From contig CAXBMO010000016.1 in NCBI GenBank assembly GCA_963977015.1, forward strand, positions 64,001-128,000: a stretch of 64,000 bases of DNA. Reading direction: 5' to 3'. The position numbers were made by a program, and so were the translations under genes. How positions within the stretch are numbered: position 1 is the stretch's first letter; every line of letters starts with the position of its first letter. The stretch comes from an uncultured bacterium (GTDB lineage: Bacteria; Verrucomicrobiota; Verrucomicrobiia; Verrucomicrobiales; DEV007). The notes below the pieces were generated by a model that worked only from the letters and a program-made list of their open reading frames with translations, was not told the DNA's origin and made no database searches. This document shows, piece by piece, positions 31,547 to 40,940 of the stretch.

Positions 31547-31711
31547 CGCATAACCTGAAAACTAACCCGACCTCGAATCGGTTTGGGATCGAGAGATAGC
31601 CCCTTCGCTTCGCGGCATGGATTGGTGATTGTGAATCTTCTGCCCGATCTCACCGTTGCGTCTTCAGACACGAAGCTCGCAAAGCCTGCCCACAGCCCCT
31701 AACGACTACCC

Positions 31712-32203
31712 TTAGACTGGAAGAACCAGATAAACGCTATCGTTCTCCGTCTGGAAAACAGCTTGGTTGCACTTCAACATCTCCACCGTCGACGTGGGAG
31801 CTGTGTTGTTGAAAACGCGAACTTCGACCACCGCGAGTCTCGGACAATTCGACAACTCGACCGGTAAACTCCCCAATCGCGGATCCCTTCCATCGGTTTG
31901 AAACGTGCTCATCTGAAGTGCGCCGCCGTTCTCGGCACATTTCATCGATTGTACCATCAAATTCGTAATGATTTCCGTCACTTCTTCCTCCGGGGTGGCA
32001 ACCAATGGTAGATCCAGAGACAGCGCAGTTCGGAGGTTGATGCCCGCGCATCGTAGGTGGAAGTGCAACCGCTTCAGGCACTTCTTGACCACTTCGGTCA
32101 AATCCGTCTCCCCTTGGCTGCCTCGTGTTGTGGGCCGCTCAACTTCGTGGTTATCTGCATATTCTGCGGAACCACCCACCACTGAATCACTTTGCTCGAT
32201 CAT
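31712..32203 (-). CDS. Hypothetical protein resembling a degenerate histidine kinase ATPase domain
   Basis: TDLTEVV...INLRTALSLDLPLV...EIITNLMVQS...GGALQMST follows the HATPase_c N-terminal pattern, but the N-box Asn and the G boxes are missing. Confidence 0.55.
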   Translation of the reverse strand: MIEQSDSVVGGSAEYADNHEVERPTTRGSQGETDLTEVVKKCLKRLHFHLRCAGINLRTALSLDLPLVATPEEEVTEIITNLMVQSMKCAENGGALQMSTFQTDGRDPRLGSLPVELSNCPRLAVVEVRVFNNTAPTSTVEMLKCNQAVFQTENDSVYLVLPV

Positions 32204-32310
32204 TCTCTCTCGCTTTCTGTTCACTACGAGGACAGGCGATGACGAAGGTGACACAACTCCGCGAAAAAAAAGAAACCCCACCCGCTGTGACGAGTGAGGT
32301 TCAGAAAATT

Positions 32311-32718
32311 GAAATCAATCTTCATAAGCCGAATTTTGTCCCGCCCGAAAGCGGTGACGGCCATTTATCTAATCACTCCGAAGAGCAATTCCCGCCCGAA
32401 GGCAGGTGCGACTATTACCCGGGTTTATCCACCGTAAGGTGACCGAACTGGCAGCTCGTTCGCCCTGTTATGTCTTGCACCGCACGGGGTTTACCTTGCC
32501 TCCCCGGTTACCCGAAGGAGCGGTGAGCTCTTACCTCGCCATTTCACCCTTACCCGCACCCGAAAGCACAGGCGGTATCTTTTCTGCGGCACTTTCCGTC
32601 GATCCCGCATTATACGGAACCTCCCTGGTTTTCACCAGGCATGCTGCCATGTGGTGTTCGGACTTTCCTCTCGCCAAAAACCGAAATTTCTGACGAGCGA
32701 CCGTCTCGGATTGATTTC
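32311..32718 (-). ncRNA. rnpB: RNase P RNA (bacterial class A)
   Basis: Minus strand has GAGGAAAGTCCGAAC, AGTGCCGCAGAAA, GGTGAAATGGCGAGGTAAGAGCTCACC, GGTAAACCCCG and ACAAAATTCGGCTTAT; terminal P1 pairing GAAATCAATC / GATTGATTTC. Confidence 0.97.
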
Positions 32719-32723
32719 CCCTC

Positions 32724-32751
32724 AGGTTAATCGCTGCAAAAAAATTCGCAA
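32724..32751 (-). promoter_or_regulatory. Candidate rnpB promoter
   Basis: TTGCGA-N16-TAACCT ending 5 nt before the P1 5' end. Confidence 0.6.
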
Positions 32752-32836
32752 CATTCACTTTTGGCGTGACTCGGATTTTCAAATCCGATACCCTGCAGCC
32801 AGCCTGACACGTCTCTTACCCTCAAACACACAATCT

Positions 32837-33340
32837 ATGAAAATCCTACGCCACTCCCCCGAGTGGATGCGGGCGGTCGCGAAGGCATCGGATGGAAAAA
32901 CGACCAACTGGTTGTCAGTCGTCGTTCTCTATGATGACGCCCAACTCGCCCATGCCGCATCGCGAAAATGCCGCGAAATTGAAAAAAACGTCGATCACGC
33001 CAAGATCTACGCCATTCGGACGATCAACCTGAACACCCTACCGGGCAGCGAAGGCTCTCAGATGGCCAGCGCGGAAGCCGCAACCGCCGATCTCGTGTTC
33101 GTTTGCCTTAAAACTGATCACGAACTCTCCCGCTGGACCCAGCTCTGGATGCGGGAATGGGCCTCCAAACGACAGCAGAACGCTGGCGCGTTAATCCATT
33201 TCTGCCATCAAGAACATTGCGATGATTGGAGAACGACTCTCGTCCGCGAGTTTCTCGGAACGGTCGCATCCCTGGGGCACATGGAACTTGTCGAAGCCGG
33301 CACTGAGCAAAACACACCGACCTATTCCGGACTGAATTAG
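32837..33340 (+). CDS. Hypothetical alpha/beta protein
   Basis: Clean ORF filling the gap (VVVLYDD...AATADLVFV...WMREW); no recognisable catalytic motif. Confidence 0.7.
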   Translation: MKILRHSPEWMRAVAKASDGKTTNWLSVVVLYDDAQLAHAASRKCREIEKNVDHAKIYAIRTINLNTLPGSEGSQMASAEAATADLVFVCLKTDHELSRWTQLWMREWASKRQQNAGALIHFCHQEHCDDWRTTLVREFLGTVASLGHMELVEAGTEQNTPTYSGLN

Positions 33341-33432
33341 TGCCTTTTGCCGGCACTACCCAGTACGCTTCGCGGTTTTTCCAGCCGGTTCGTTTCCAGA
33401 CGATCCTCTGAGTGGGGCTCAGGCAGCCAAAT

Positions 33433-34569
33433 TTAGCCAACGGCTTCGAGCGTCCGCTTCAGCGTCCCCGTCAACTCATCGGCTGCCGCCGCCGAGAGCG
33501 GAGCTTTCGTCACCATACTGAGGCAAACCGGGCCGTAGCGCGTTTCACAGCCGAGCACGCAAAGCCACTGTTCCGATCCCATCGGTAAGTAAACTCCCGA
33601 ACTGGCTCCTTCTCCGCCAACTTTCGGCCCAACGTTCTCGAGCACTTTCATGAGCTGGAGAGCCGACCCCACAAACGAAGCTTCCTGCTGCTTCTCGTCT
33701 TCCATCAGGGAATAACCCTGACCATCGGTGATTTGAAACCGGGTGCATTCGGTCACTTGATGAACCCAATCACCATAGGCCTGCAGTCGAATGCGAAGCG
33801 ATCCTTGAGGCAGCAACAGAACCTGGTCGAGATTCTCGGCAACTTCCTCATCCTCAGCCGATTCCGGCTCTCCTTCGACGATCTGCTCAACTTCTTCTTC
33901 CTCTTCCGGTAAAACGGCCTCCACGGGTGGCTCGGGAACCGAACTTGGCGGCTGGGGAAGATTTTCCGAAACGGGAATCTCTTCCGCTTCTTCTTCGATC
34001 GCCTCCGGATCGGACTCGGCCTTCAAGAAGGGCTCTGTATCTTCGGCTTCCGGAAGGGAACTACGTCCCAAGCGCCGAATATGGGCCAGCGTTTCGTCCG
34101 CTCGCACCTTGCTCTGCATCGAAATCACTTTGGGCGGTGGAATATCGTCTTCGTCTTCGACAATCTGCTCATCCTCTCCCGAATCCGGCTCCACAATGGC
34201 TTCCGGCTGATCTGGCTCTTCAGAAGGGGGAGCCAGATCCTCCTCAACAGGTGCCTTTTCCGTGAAGATAGCTTCCGATTCAACGATCTTGTCTTCCGCA
34301 ACCTCCTGTTTTTGAGGCACTTCCAACTCATCCAAGCTGGGAAACGAACTCAACCCGTCGGATTGAACCTTCTCCCAAGCCAACGGAATGTCGGGCACCA
34401 GTGAAACTGGCGCGTCGTCCAAAGAAGAACCTGCCTGAGGGGAGCGAAGCGGCGGAAGTTGCGGAGGTTGCCCGGAATCTTTTGCCTTTTCGTCGGGCAT
34501 CAATTGCTCGACCAGCTTCGCGATCTCGCTGAGATCAATCCATGAGTCGGATGAGTCGTGGGGTGGCAT
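33433..34569 (-). CDS. Acidic Pro/Glu-rich disordered protein with a C-terminal roadblock/longin-like domain
   Basis: Short N-terminal helix (WIDLSEIAKLVEQL), long E/P/D tract, compact C-terminal alpha/beta domain (FQITDGQGYSL...WLCVLG...VCLSMV); overlaps the 3' end of the ParA gene. Confidence 0.7.
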   Translation of the reverse strand: MPPHDSSDSWIDLSEIAKLVEQLMPDEKAKDSGQPPQLPPLRSPQAGSSLDDAPVSLVPDIPLAWEKVQSDGLSSFPSLDELEVPQKQEVAEDKIVESEAIFTEKAPVEEDLAPPSEEPDQPEAIVEPDSGEDEQIVEDEDDIPPPKVISMQSKVRADETLAHIRRLGRSSLPEAEDTEPFLKAESDPEAIEEEAEEIPVSENLPQPPSSVPEPPVEAVLPEEEEEVEQIVEGEPESAEDEEVAENLDQVLLLPQGSLRIRLQAYGDWVHQVTECTRFQITDGQGYSLMEDEKQQEASFVGSALQLMKVLENVGPKVGGEGASSGVYLPMGSEQWLCVLGCETRYGPVCLSMVTKAPLSAAAADELTGTLKRTLEAVG

Positions 34570-35353
34570 CTTCGTCTTCTGAGGTATCAAGGTTCATGCG
34601 TCCCTCCAATTCGGCCGCCAATTGCTCGAAAATCAGCGCCAAGGGCGTCGGGTTCTTCTGCAACAAGCCTAGGGGAACGCCGTAATCGCTGGCCCGGAGG
34701 AACATGGGGTCGCGCGGAATGGTCGTATCGAGCATCAACTCGCCGGGCAGCATCTGGCGCATTTTTCGCAAAACATCAAGGCTGGTCGGATCGTCCCGCT
34801 GCACCATGGTCGCCAAAATTCCGGCAACCTTGATCGGAGGATCCTTCTTCGATAACTCCGCCATGCGTTGCAGAACCTGTGGCAAACTCCGCATCGCAAG
34901 CGGCTCCGCCTGCTCGGGAATCATCACGTAGTCCGCCACGCTCAACAAATCGCTGGTCACACTGTGTGTTCCCGCCGGGGTATCGATCACGATAATCTCG
35001 AAATCCATCAGGTTGATTTGCGAGAACAAGGTCTCGACCTGAGCGCGGCGGGCGTCCGGATCAACGGCAATCGGCGTCTTCAAAAACCGCTCGTAGTCTC
35101 CCGCCGTCAAAATCTGGAACTCGGGCAACCGAGTCTTGATCATGAGTTCTTCCAGGCTATCACCGACCATGGCATCAAAAAACCCACGGTTGGAGTTGGC
35201 TTTGTCCGTCACGGAAAGGCCCACGGATCCCTGGGGATCACAATCAAGTAGCAAAACCCGCCAGCCGCGTCGTGCCAGGCTGTAAGCAAGGTTCACGGCG
35301 ACCGTGGTTTTCCCCACGCCTCCTTTTTGGCTAGATATACAAAGCTTCGTCAC
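34535..35353 (-). CDS. ParA/Soj family ATPase
   Basis: Deviant Walker A SQKGGVGKTT, LLDCDPQGS, IVIDTP; GTG start inferred. Confidence 0.93.
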   Translation of the reverse strand: MTKLCISSQKGGVGKTTVAVNLAYSLARRGWRVLLLDCDPQGSVGLSVTDKANSNRGFFDAMVGDSLEELMIKTRLPEFQILTAGDYERFLKTPIAVDPDARRAQVETLFSQINLMDFEIIVIDTPAGTHSVTSDLLSVADYVMIPEQAEPLAMRSLPQVLQRMAELSKKDPPIKVAGILATMVQRDDPTSLDVLRKMRQMLPGELMLDTTIPRDPMFLRASDYGVPLGLLQKNPTPLALIFEQLAAELEGRMNLDTSEDEDATPRLIRLMD

Positions 35354-35500
35354 GCAGGTTCGACTATTAGCGAATCCTAACAGGTTGCAAGGCCGAGAAT
35401 TTGAGGAAAGGCGGATTTCTTCGATCAAATCTGCGACACCCTGACGCTCAGCCAAATCGAGCACGTTCACGCGCCCTGACACCGATTCGATCCCTGACCA

Positions 35501-36001
35501 TCAATGGAGCGTAACCGGTGTTCCAATCGCCGATTCGTAGACCTGATGGAGGAGAAACGTCTGTTGTGCACCCAGTTTCTGGCCGATCTGCGCGATGGCA
35601 TAGAGGGCGAGTGCCGCCGCCAAAAACCCTCCAAAAATCCAGAACCCCCATGGTCTGGAACCAATGGACCACTGGCAAAACGCAAAAATCCCCGAAACGA
35701 AGCCGAGGAACCCGACGATGATGTAGCCGTAGAGAAACAGGGCCCAGACGTTCGCGTTGGGCCCGTAGACGCCGCGAATCAGCGTTTCGCCTTCGCCGGT
35801 GGATTCCAGATTCAAATGAAGTCTGGGTGACCAGAAATGTTGATCCTGCTCGGGAATCCGAAGGCAGAGAAACCCGGAGAACCGTTTGAGCTCACATCGA
35901 TCGCTCTGCTCCGCAATGCTGGTTTGGATCTGCTCTTCGACTTCGTCGGGCTTCAAGGCCACCACTTGGCGGAATTGGAGCCTGATCTTGAAACTGCTCA
36001 T
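35501..36001 (-). CDS. Hypothetical membrane protein (2 TM)
   Basis: HFWSPRLHL...YGPNANVW followed by two hydrophobic helices. Confidence 0.75.
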   Translation of the reverse strand: MSSFKIRLQFRQVVALKPDEVEEQIQTSIAEQSDRCELKRFSGFLCLRIPEQDQHFWSPRLHLNLESTGEGETLIRGVYGPNANVWALFLYGYIIVGFLGFVSGIFAFCQWSIGSRPWGFWIFGGFLAAALALYAIAQIGQKLGAQQTFLLHQVYESAIGTPVTLH

Positions 36002-36006
36002 CGCTC

Positions 36007-38100
36007 CTACCAGTTTGCGTCGCTGCCGAAGAAGCTGTCAATCCTGAAGGTTTGCATCGTTACTTTGGGTGCGGGCGTTTCAATCTCGTAATGGAGAATG
36101 TTGCCGGAAAACCGGTTCGGCGTCTCGTAGTCACCAACCGGATCCTTGAAATCTTCGTTCAGGTAGAGACCGATCGCGGGTTGGTTCGTGAGGAGCCCGG
36201 ATGATGGAGCTGTCGCCACCGTGACGCCATTGACGGCCACCGACAGTTGCTCAGCGTTCAAGGCAGCGGAGATCGTGACCTTTCCGGAGACTGGCATCCG
36301 CGCTTGCACCGAAAAGAGTTCGCCTTCGTTCCGGACCGAAAAAACCGGGCACCCATCGACAAAATGCACCGCATACCCAAAGGCAAATCCCCCATGAGAA
36401 AGCGCAACGCCGGACGGTCTCGGATGATCAATCGTCACCGAAACAGTGAATTCCCGGCCCTGAACTTGAGGTGGGTTCGGAATCCCTTGGGACGGCACCT
36501 TCTTCGGGTAAACGCCGACTCTCGCAGCCCAGTCATCCCACTTTTGGGCAAGCGCTTTCACGATCCCCGGATTGCTCGCCGCAAGGTTCGTCGTTTCCGT
36601 TCGATCCTTGACCATGTTGTAGAGTTCCCACTTGGTTGGATCAACGCCTTGATTGGCGGCAACTCCTCGCCCCACCAGTTTCCAACCGGCATCGCGAACA
36701 AACGCGTTGTTTTCGTGCTCGATGAAGAGGGGAGCCTTGCGTTTCAGGGGCTTCGCGCCAAATGCAGGCCGCAGGGAAACTCCGTCCAACGCGGGTAGGT
36801 CGTTCCCATGAAACGTCTTCGGATACCTGGCGCCGGCAACATCCAGAATGGTCGGCATCACATCGATCAACTGACCCGGCTCCGCATACCAATCCTCGTG
36901 CCTGGCGATCTTGGCCGGCCAATGCATGAAAAACGGTGTCGCCGCACCTCCCTCGTGAGCAAAATGCTTGTAGAGCCGAAACGGCGTACTGCCCGCGTTC
37001 GCCCAGGCTTCGCCGTAGCTGTTCGCACTTTCCTGGTTTCGCTTCTCAATGTCGTAAAAATTTCCGCGCCCCAACTTTCCGCCCTCCTGACACGCGCCGT
37101 TGTCCGACAGAAAAAGTATCAGGGTATTGTCAAACATTCCGGCCTCTTTCAGGAACCCAACCAACTTCCCAACATTCTGGTCAACGCGGTCAATCATCGC
37201 GGCATAGACCGCCATCTTCAGATCCATCTCGTCCTGCTTTTTCTCATCCAGCGACTCCCAATCCGGAATGCCCGGCGTTCTCGGCGAAAGCTCCCATTCA
37301 GGCTTGATCAATCCCAGTTCAATCTGCTTTTGATAGCGGGCCTTGCGCAACGCATCCCAACCCGCTTTGTACTTCCCGCGATACTTCGCAATGTCATCCT
37401 CGAATGCCTGCAACGGCCAATGCGGTGCGGTGTAGGCCAGGTACAGAAACGAGGGCCGCTTCCTCCCTGCCTGCTCTTCTTTCAGAAAGCGGATCGCATG
37501 ATCAGTAAAGGCATCCGTGGTGTAGAATGCCTCCTCCGTTGTGCTTTCCGGCTTCTCGACATGCTCGTTACCCGAGGTCATTCCCCGAGGGGCTTCGGGA
37601 TGAAAAAACCGGGTCGCACCGGAGATGCAGCCGTAGAATTTTTCGAATCCGCGCTGCATGGGCCAACGGTCCTGATCGTTGTATCCCAAGTGCCACTTCC
37701 CGGCCATCAAGGTCGCATAACCGCTTTCCTTCAGCACCTCACCGATGGTGACGCATTGCTTGTTGATATAGCCCTGGTAGGCAGGCGGTTCACTTTTGCC
37801 CCGCTCCTTTCCCGGCGGTTGCGTCATCCAGCCAATCCCGGTTTGGTGCGGGTGCAGCCCCGTCATCAACGTGGCCCGGGTCGGGCAACAGCGACCGCTG
37901 TTGTAAAACTGGGAGAATCGAACTCCACCATGGGCGAGGCGATCCAAGTGGGGCGTCTCGATCTCACTTCCGTGGTAACCAAGATCAGAGAATCCCATGT
38001 CATCGACCATGATCAAAATGACGTGAGGACGTTCGGCGGCCACGGCGTTGGCCAGGATCCCGAACCAGAGCGCCAGCAGGAGAAAAGGAGGGGTTTTCAT
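36007..38100 (-). CDS. Arylsulfatase (S1 family) with a C-terminal beta-sandwich extension
   Basis: DDMG, CCPTR formylglycine motif, GKWHL, APHWP, SDNG, EGG. Confidence 0.95.
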   Translation of the reverse strand: MKTPPFLLLALWFGILANAVAAERPHVILIMVDDMGFSDLGYHGSEIETPHLDRLAHGGVRFSQFYNSGRCCPTRATLMTGLHPHQTGIGWMTQPPGKERGKSEPPAYQGYINKQCVTIGEVLKESGYATLMAGKWHLGYNDQDRWPMQRGFEKFYGCISGATRFFHPEAPRGMTSGNEHVEKPESTTEEAFYTTDAFTDHAIRFLKEEQAGRKRPSFLYLAYTAPHWPLQAFEDDIAKYRGKYKAGWDALRKARYQKQIELGLIKPEWELSPRTPGIPDWESLDEKKQDEMDLKMAVYAAMIDRVDQNVGKLVGFLKEAGMFDNTLILFLSDNGACQEGGKLGRGNFYDIEKRNQESANSYGEAWANAGSTPFRLYKHFAHEGGAATPFFMHWPAKIARHEDWYAEPGQLIDVMPTILDVAGARYPKTFHGNDLPALDGVSLRPAFGAKPLKRKAPLFIEHENNAFVRDAGWKLVGRGVAANQGVDPTKWELYNMVKDRTETTNLAASNPGIVKALAQKWDDWAARVGVYPKKVPSQGIPNPPQVQGREFTVSVTIDHPRPSGVALSHGGFAFGYAVHFVDGCPVFSVRNEGELFSVQARMPVSGKVTISAALNAEQLSVAVNGVTVATAPSSGLLTNQPAIGLYLNEDFKDPVGDYETPNRFSGNILHYEIETPAPKVTMQTFRIDSFFGSDANW

Positions 38101-38235
38101 GATCCTACCCATACGAAACCTCAAACTCGGGTTCTAGGGGAATTCCTGCCGATTTTTGGCAAAACCTGACCATCCGAACTCCCTCGAACGATTTCTGATC
38201 GGGATGACCGACGAATTGCGTGAACTCGCCGGGAA

Positions 38236-38889
38236 TCAGTTTTCTACCGGAACCGCCGCCCGTTGAAGCTGCAGTTGGTCAAGCTCCGTTTGGTGCCGGC
38301 GACTCAAGAAAACGACCGCAAACACCGCCCCGACAAGCGCGAGAAACATGTCCCACTGCGTATCCCAGATATCTCCCTGCATCCCGAGGAACTGATCCGC
38401 CGTCTCATCTCCGGTCGAAATCGCGACCCACCATTCCAGAATCTCATAAAAGGCGCTGAAGGCGAGACAGGAGGCGATCACAAAACTCCATAACCAGGGA
38501 CCTCGCCGCAGTGGCGTGTGGCGGACCACCAGTTCCCGAATCAAGATGGCCGGGAAAAAGCCCTGGGCCAAATGACCAATGCGATCATAGGGATTGCGTT
38601 CCCAGCCAAGCCATTCCTGCAAGGTAAAGCCCAGCGGAACACGGGCATAGGTATAATGGCCACCCACCACGAGAATCAGCCCGTGAACAAACAGCAGCCG
38701 ATAGGTAAGTGGAGTCAGAGGAAACCTCCGATAGGTCAGAAAAAGCACGAGCACCCCAACCAGCACGGGGGAGGTCTCCAGGAACCAGATAAGCTGACCG
38801 TACGGTTGAATCCCTGAAATCGCGAATGCGATCAGGCTCGCCGTGAGCAAAATCAGGGGTTCGTTGCGGTGGGGGGCTTTTTTCGACAC
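38236..38889 (-). CDS. DUF2238 (YjdF-like) membrane protein
   Basis: GGHYTYARVPLG, RNPYDRIGH, YEILEWW, FLGMQGDIWDTQWDM. Confidence 0.92.
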   Translation of the reverse strand: MSKKAPHRNEPLILLTASLIAFAISGIQPYGQLIWFLETSPVLVGVLVLFLTYRRFPLTPLTYRLLFVHGLILVVGGHYTYARVPLGFTLQEWLGWERNPYDRIGHLAQGFFPAILIRELVVRHTPLRRGPWLWSFVIASCLAFSAFYEILEWWVAISTGDETADQFLGMQGDIWDTQWDMFLALVGAVFAVVFLSRRHQTELDQLQLQRAAVPVEN

Positions 38890-39078
38890 GTGTTTCTTTT
38901 AAGGTCAGGTGTTTTCCGGCACTTGCAATCCCTCCCACTTGCTCCGTCCCGAACCCCGATCACTTGAGGTGACGATCCAGAAAATTGGCCGAGTGATTCA
39001 CGCAAACGTCGAACCGTTCCTGACCGCTGATGAATCCATGCGGCGCCCCTGGAATCATCGTAAAGCTGCCTTCAACTC

Positions 39079-39459
39079 CTACTCCCGCTTTTTGCTGTAA
39101 CGGCGGGACGTTGGCCCGGAAGGTCCACCGGCACCGGCAGGAGCACGCTTGCGAACCTGGGCCTCACGTCCCGGCTCATCGGAATTCGACCGGATCAACG
39201 GGGGAAGAAAGCTCGTCCGTGTCGAACTTGTGCCCGAGCTCAGTTCCGATTTTGCAATCGCCTGATTCCCATCCGCATCCACCGAACTCACCAATTCCTG
39301 AAATCGCTTGGTATGGTAGGCGATGAACTCGCTTTGCGTGATTTCACCATTTTGATCGGCATCCACCCGATCAAAGGTGGATGAGAGGCTTTCCTGGGCT
39401 TGTGATGGAACCATGAGGCCAACGACCAGGAGCAATAGAGTTGAGAGGGAGCATTTCAT
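39079..39459 (-). CDS. Secreted EF-hand protein
   Basis: Signal peptide; loops DADQNGEITQSE and DADGNQAIAKSE. Confidence 0.8.
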   Translation of the reverse strand: MKCSLSTLLLLVVGLMVPSQAQESLSSTFDRVDADQNGEITQSEFIAYHTKRFQELVSSVDADGNQAIAKSELSSGTSSTRTSFLPPLIRSNSDEPGREAQVRKRAPAGAGGPSGPTSRRYSKKRE

Positions 39460-39596
39460 GTCGGGGGAGATTATGACCAGAGTTGGGCAAAATGCTAGAA
39501 CCGATTTTTGGACAGATTTCGGCCCCCGACATTCGCCTCACCGTCCAGAAATCACTTGGCTTTGCCGCGATTCTACGCGTTGGAGTGAATTCACCC

Positions 39597-40877
39597 ATGA
39601 TGAAACCTCTTCTCTTTTTTATCGCCCTACTTCTCACTGCGCCCCACCTCTTTTCGGAGGACGATTACCCGCTCCGCGACGCCGTGGAATGCCATCCCCG
39701 CAGCGGTCTCCCCAATGTGTTGGCAAAGCTGGAAGCCGGCGAGCCGGTAAAGGTTGCCTATCTCGGCGGGAGCATCACCGCCGCAGCAGGTTGGCGCGTC
39801 GGTTCACGAACCTGGCTCCAGGAACAGTATCCGGATGCTGAAATCAGTGAGATTCATGCTGCCATCGGTGGAACGGGCTCGGATCTCGGCGTTTTTCGCC
39901 TCGGACTGGACGTTCTTCGTCACCAGCCGGATCTGCTCTTCGTCGAATTTGCCGTCAATGATGGAGGTGCCCCTCCCGCGCGGATTCACAAGGCGATGGA
40001 AGGAATCGTCCGCCAAACCTGGAAGGCGAATCCGGACATCGACATCTGCTACGTTTACACGTTGACCGACAAAATGCTCCCAGATCTGCATGCCGGAAAG
40101 ATGCCGCGGGCAGCAAGTGCCATGGAGGCTCTCGCGGATCACTATCAGATTCCCTCCATCCATTTTGGAGTGGAAGTGGCGAAGCTTGAAGCGGCCGGAG
40201 AACTCGTTTTCAAAGCGCCCAAGCCCGAGGATCTCGAGACGGCAAAACCGATGGTTTTTTCATCCGACGGGGTCCATCCCCATGCCCAAACCGGTCACAA
40301 ACTTTACACCGAAGCGATCGCAAGATCCTGGCCCGCCATTCAGAAAGCCAACTCTGATCCCAAGCCCCATCCTCTGCCAAACCCGTTCCGCGAGGACAAC
40401 TGGGAACGCGCAACCCAGGTTCCCATTACTCCCGCGATGCTAAGCGGAAACTGGGAAAAACTCGATCCCGAGCACACCCTCGCCAAGCGCTTTGCCCGCA
40501 ACATGCCGACCATCTATCAGGCCAAGGAAGCGGGCGCCTCGCTCACCTTTTCCTTCAACGGCACCACTGCGGCGGTCTTCGATCTTCTCGGTCCGGATGG
40601 ATGCGAAGTTTCCGTTCAGGTTGATGACGAGACACCTGCCATGAAGAAACGGATCGATGGCTATTGCACCTATCACCGGATGAGCAAACTCAACGTTGCC
40701 AGCGAATTGGAGGAAGCTACTCACGCCATTACCGTGACCGTAACGCCTACCGCGCTCGACAAGCGCTCGATCCTTTTTGAGAAAAATCGAGAGACCTACG
40801 ACAAGAATCCTGACAGATACGCCGACCACACGTGGTATGCAGCGTCGCTTCTGATTCTGGGTGAGCTGATCGAGTAA
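39597..40877 (+). CDS. SGNH/GDSL hydrolase
   Basis: GGSIT, GGTGS, EFAVND and DGVHP blocks; signal peptide. Confidence 0.92.
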   Translation: MMKPLLFFIALLLTAPHLFSEDDYPLRDAVECHPRSGLPNVLAKLEAGEPVKVAYLGGSITAAAGWRVGSRTWLQEQYPDAEISEIHAAIGGTGSDLGVFRLGLDVLRHQPDLLFVEFAVNDGGAPPARIHKAMEGIVRQTWKANPDIDICYVYTLTDKMLPDLHAGKMPRAASAMEALADHYQIPSIHFGVEVAKLEAAGELVFKAPKPEDLETAKPMVFSSDGVHPHAQTGHKLYTEAIARSWPAIQKANSDPKPHPLPNPFREDNWERATQVPITPAMLSGNWEKLDPEHTLAKRFARNMPTIYQAKEAGASLTFSFNGTTAAVFDLLGPDGCEVSVQVDDETPAMKKRIDGYCTYHRMSKLNVASELEEATHAITVTVTPTALDKRSILFEKNRETYDKNPDRYADHTWYAASLLILGELIE

Positions 40878-40940
40878 ACGCCCGGTTAACCACCGTCCGC
40901 AAATTCCCGTTCACGCTCGGGGATCAGCCGTCGGCATCCC

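Noticed and set aside
32406-32782. ORFs 32406..32693 and 32531..32782
   Set aside because: They overlap the RNase P RNA gene and are spurious.
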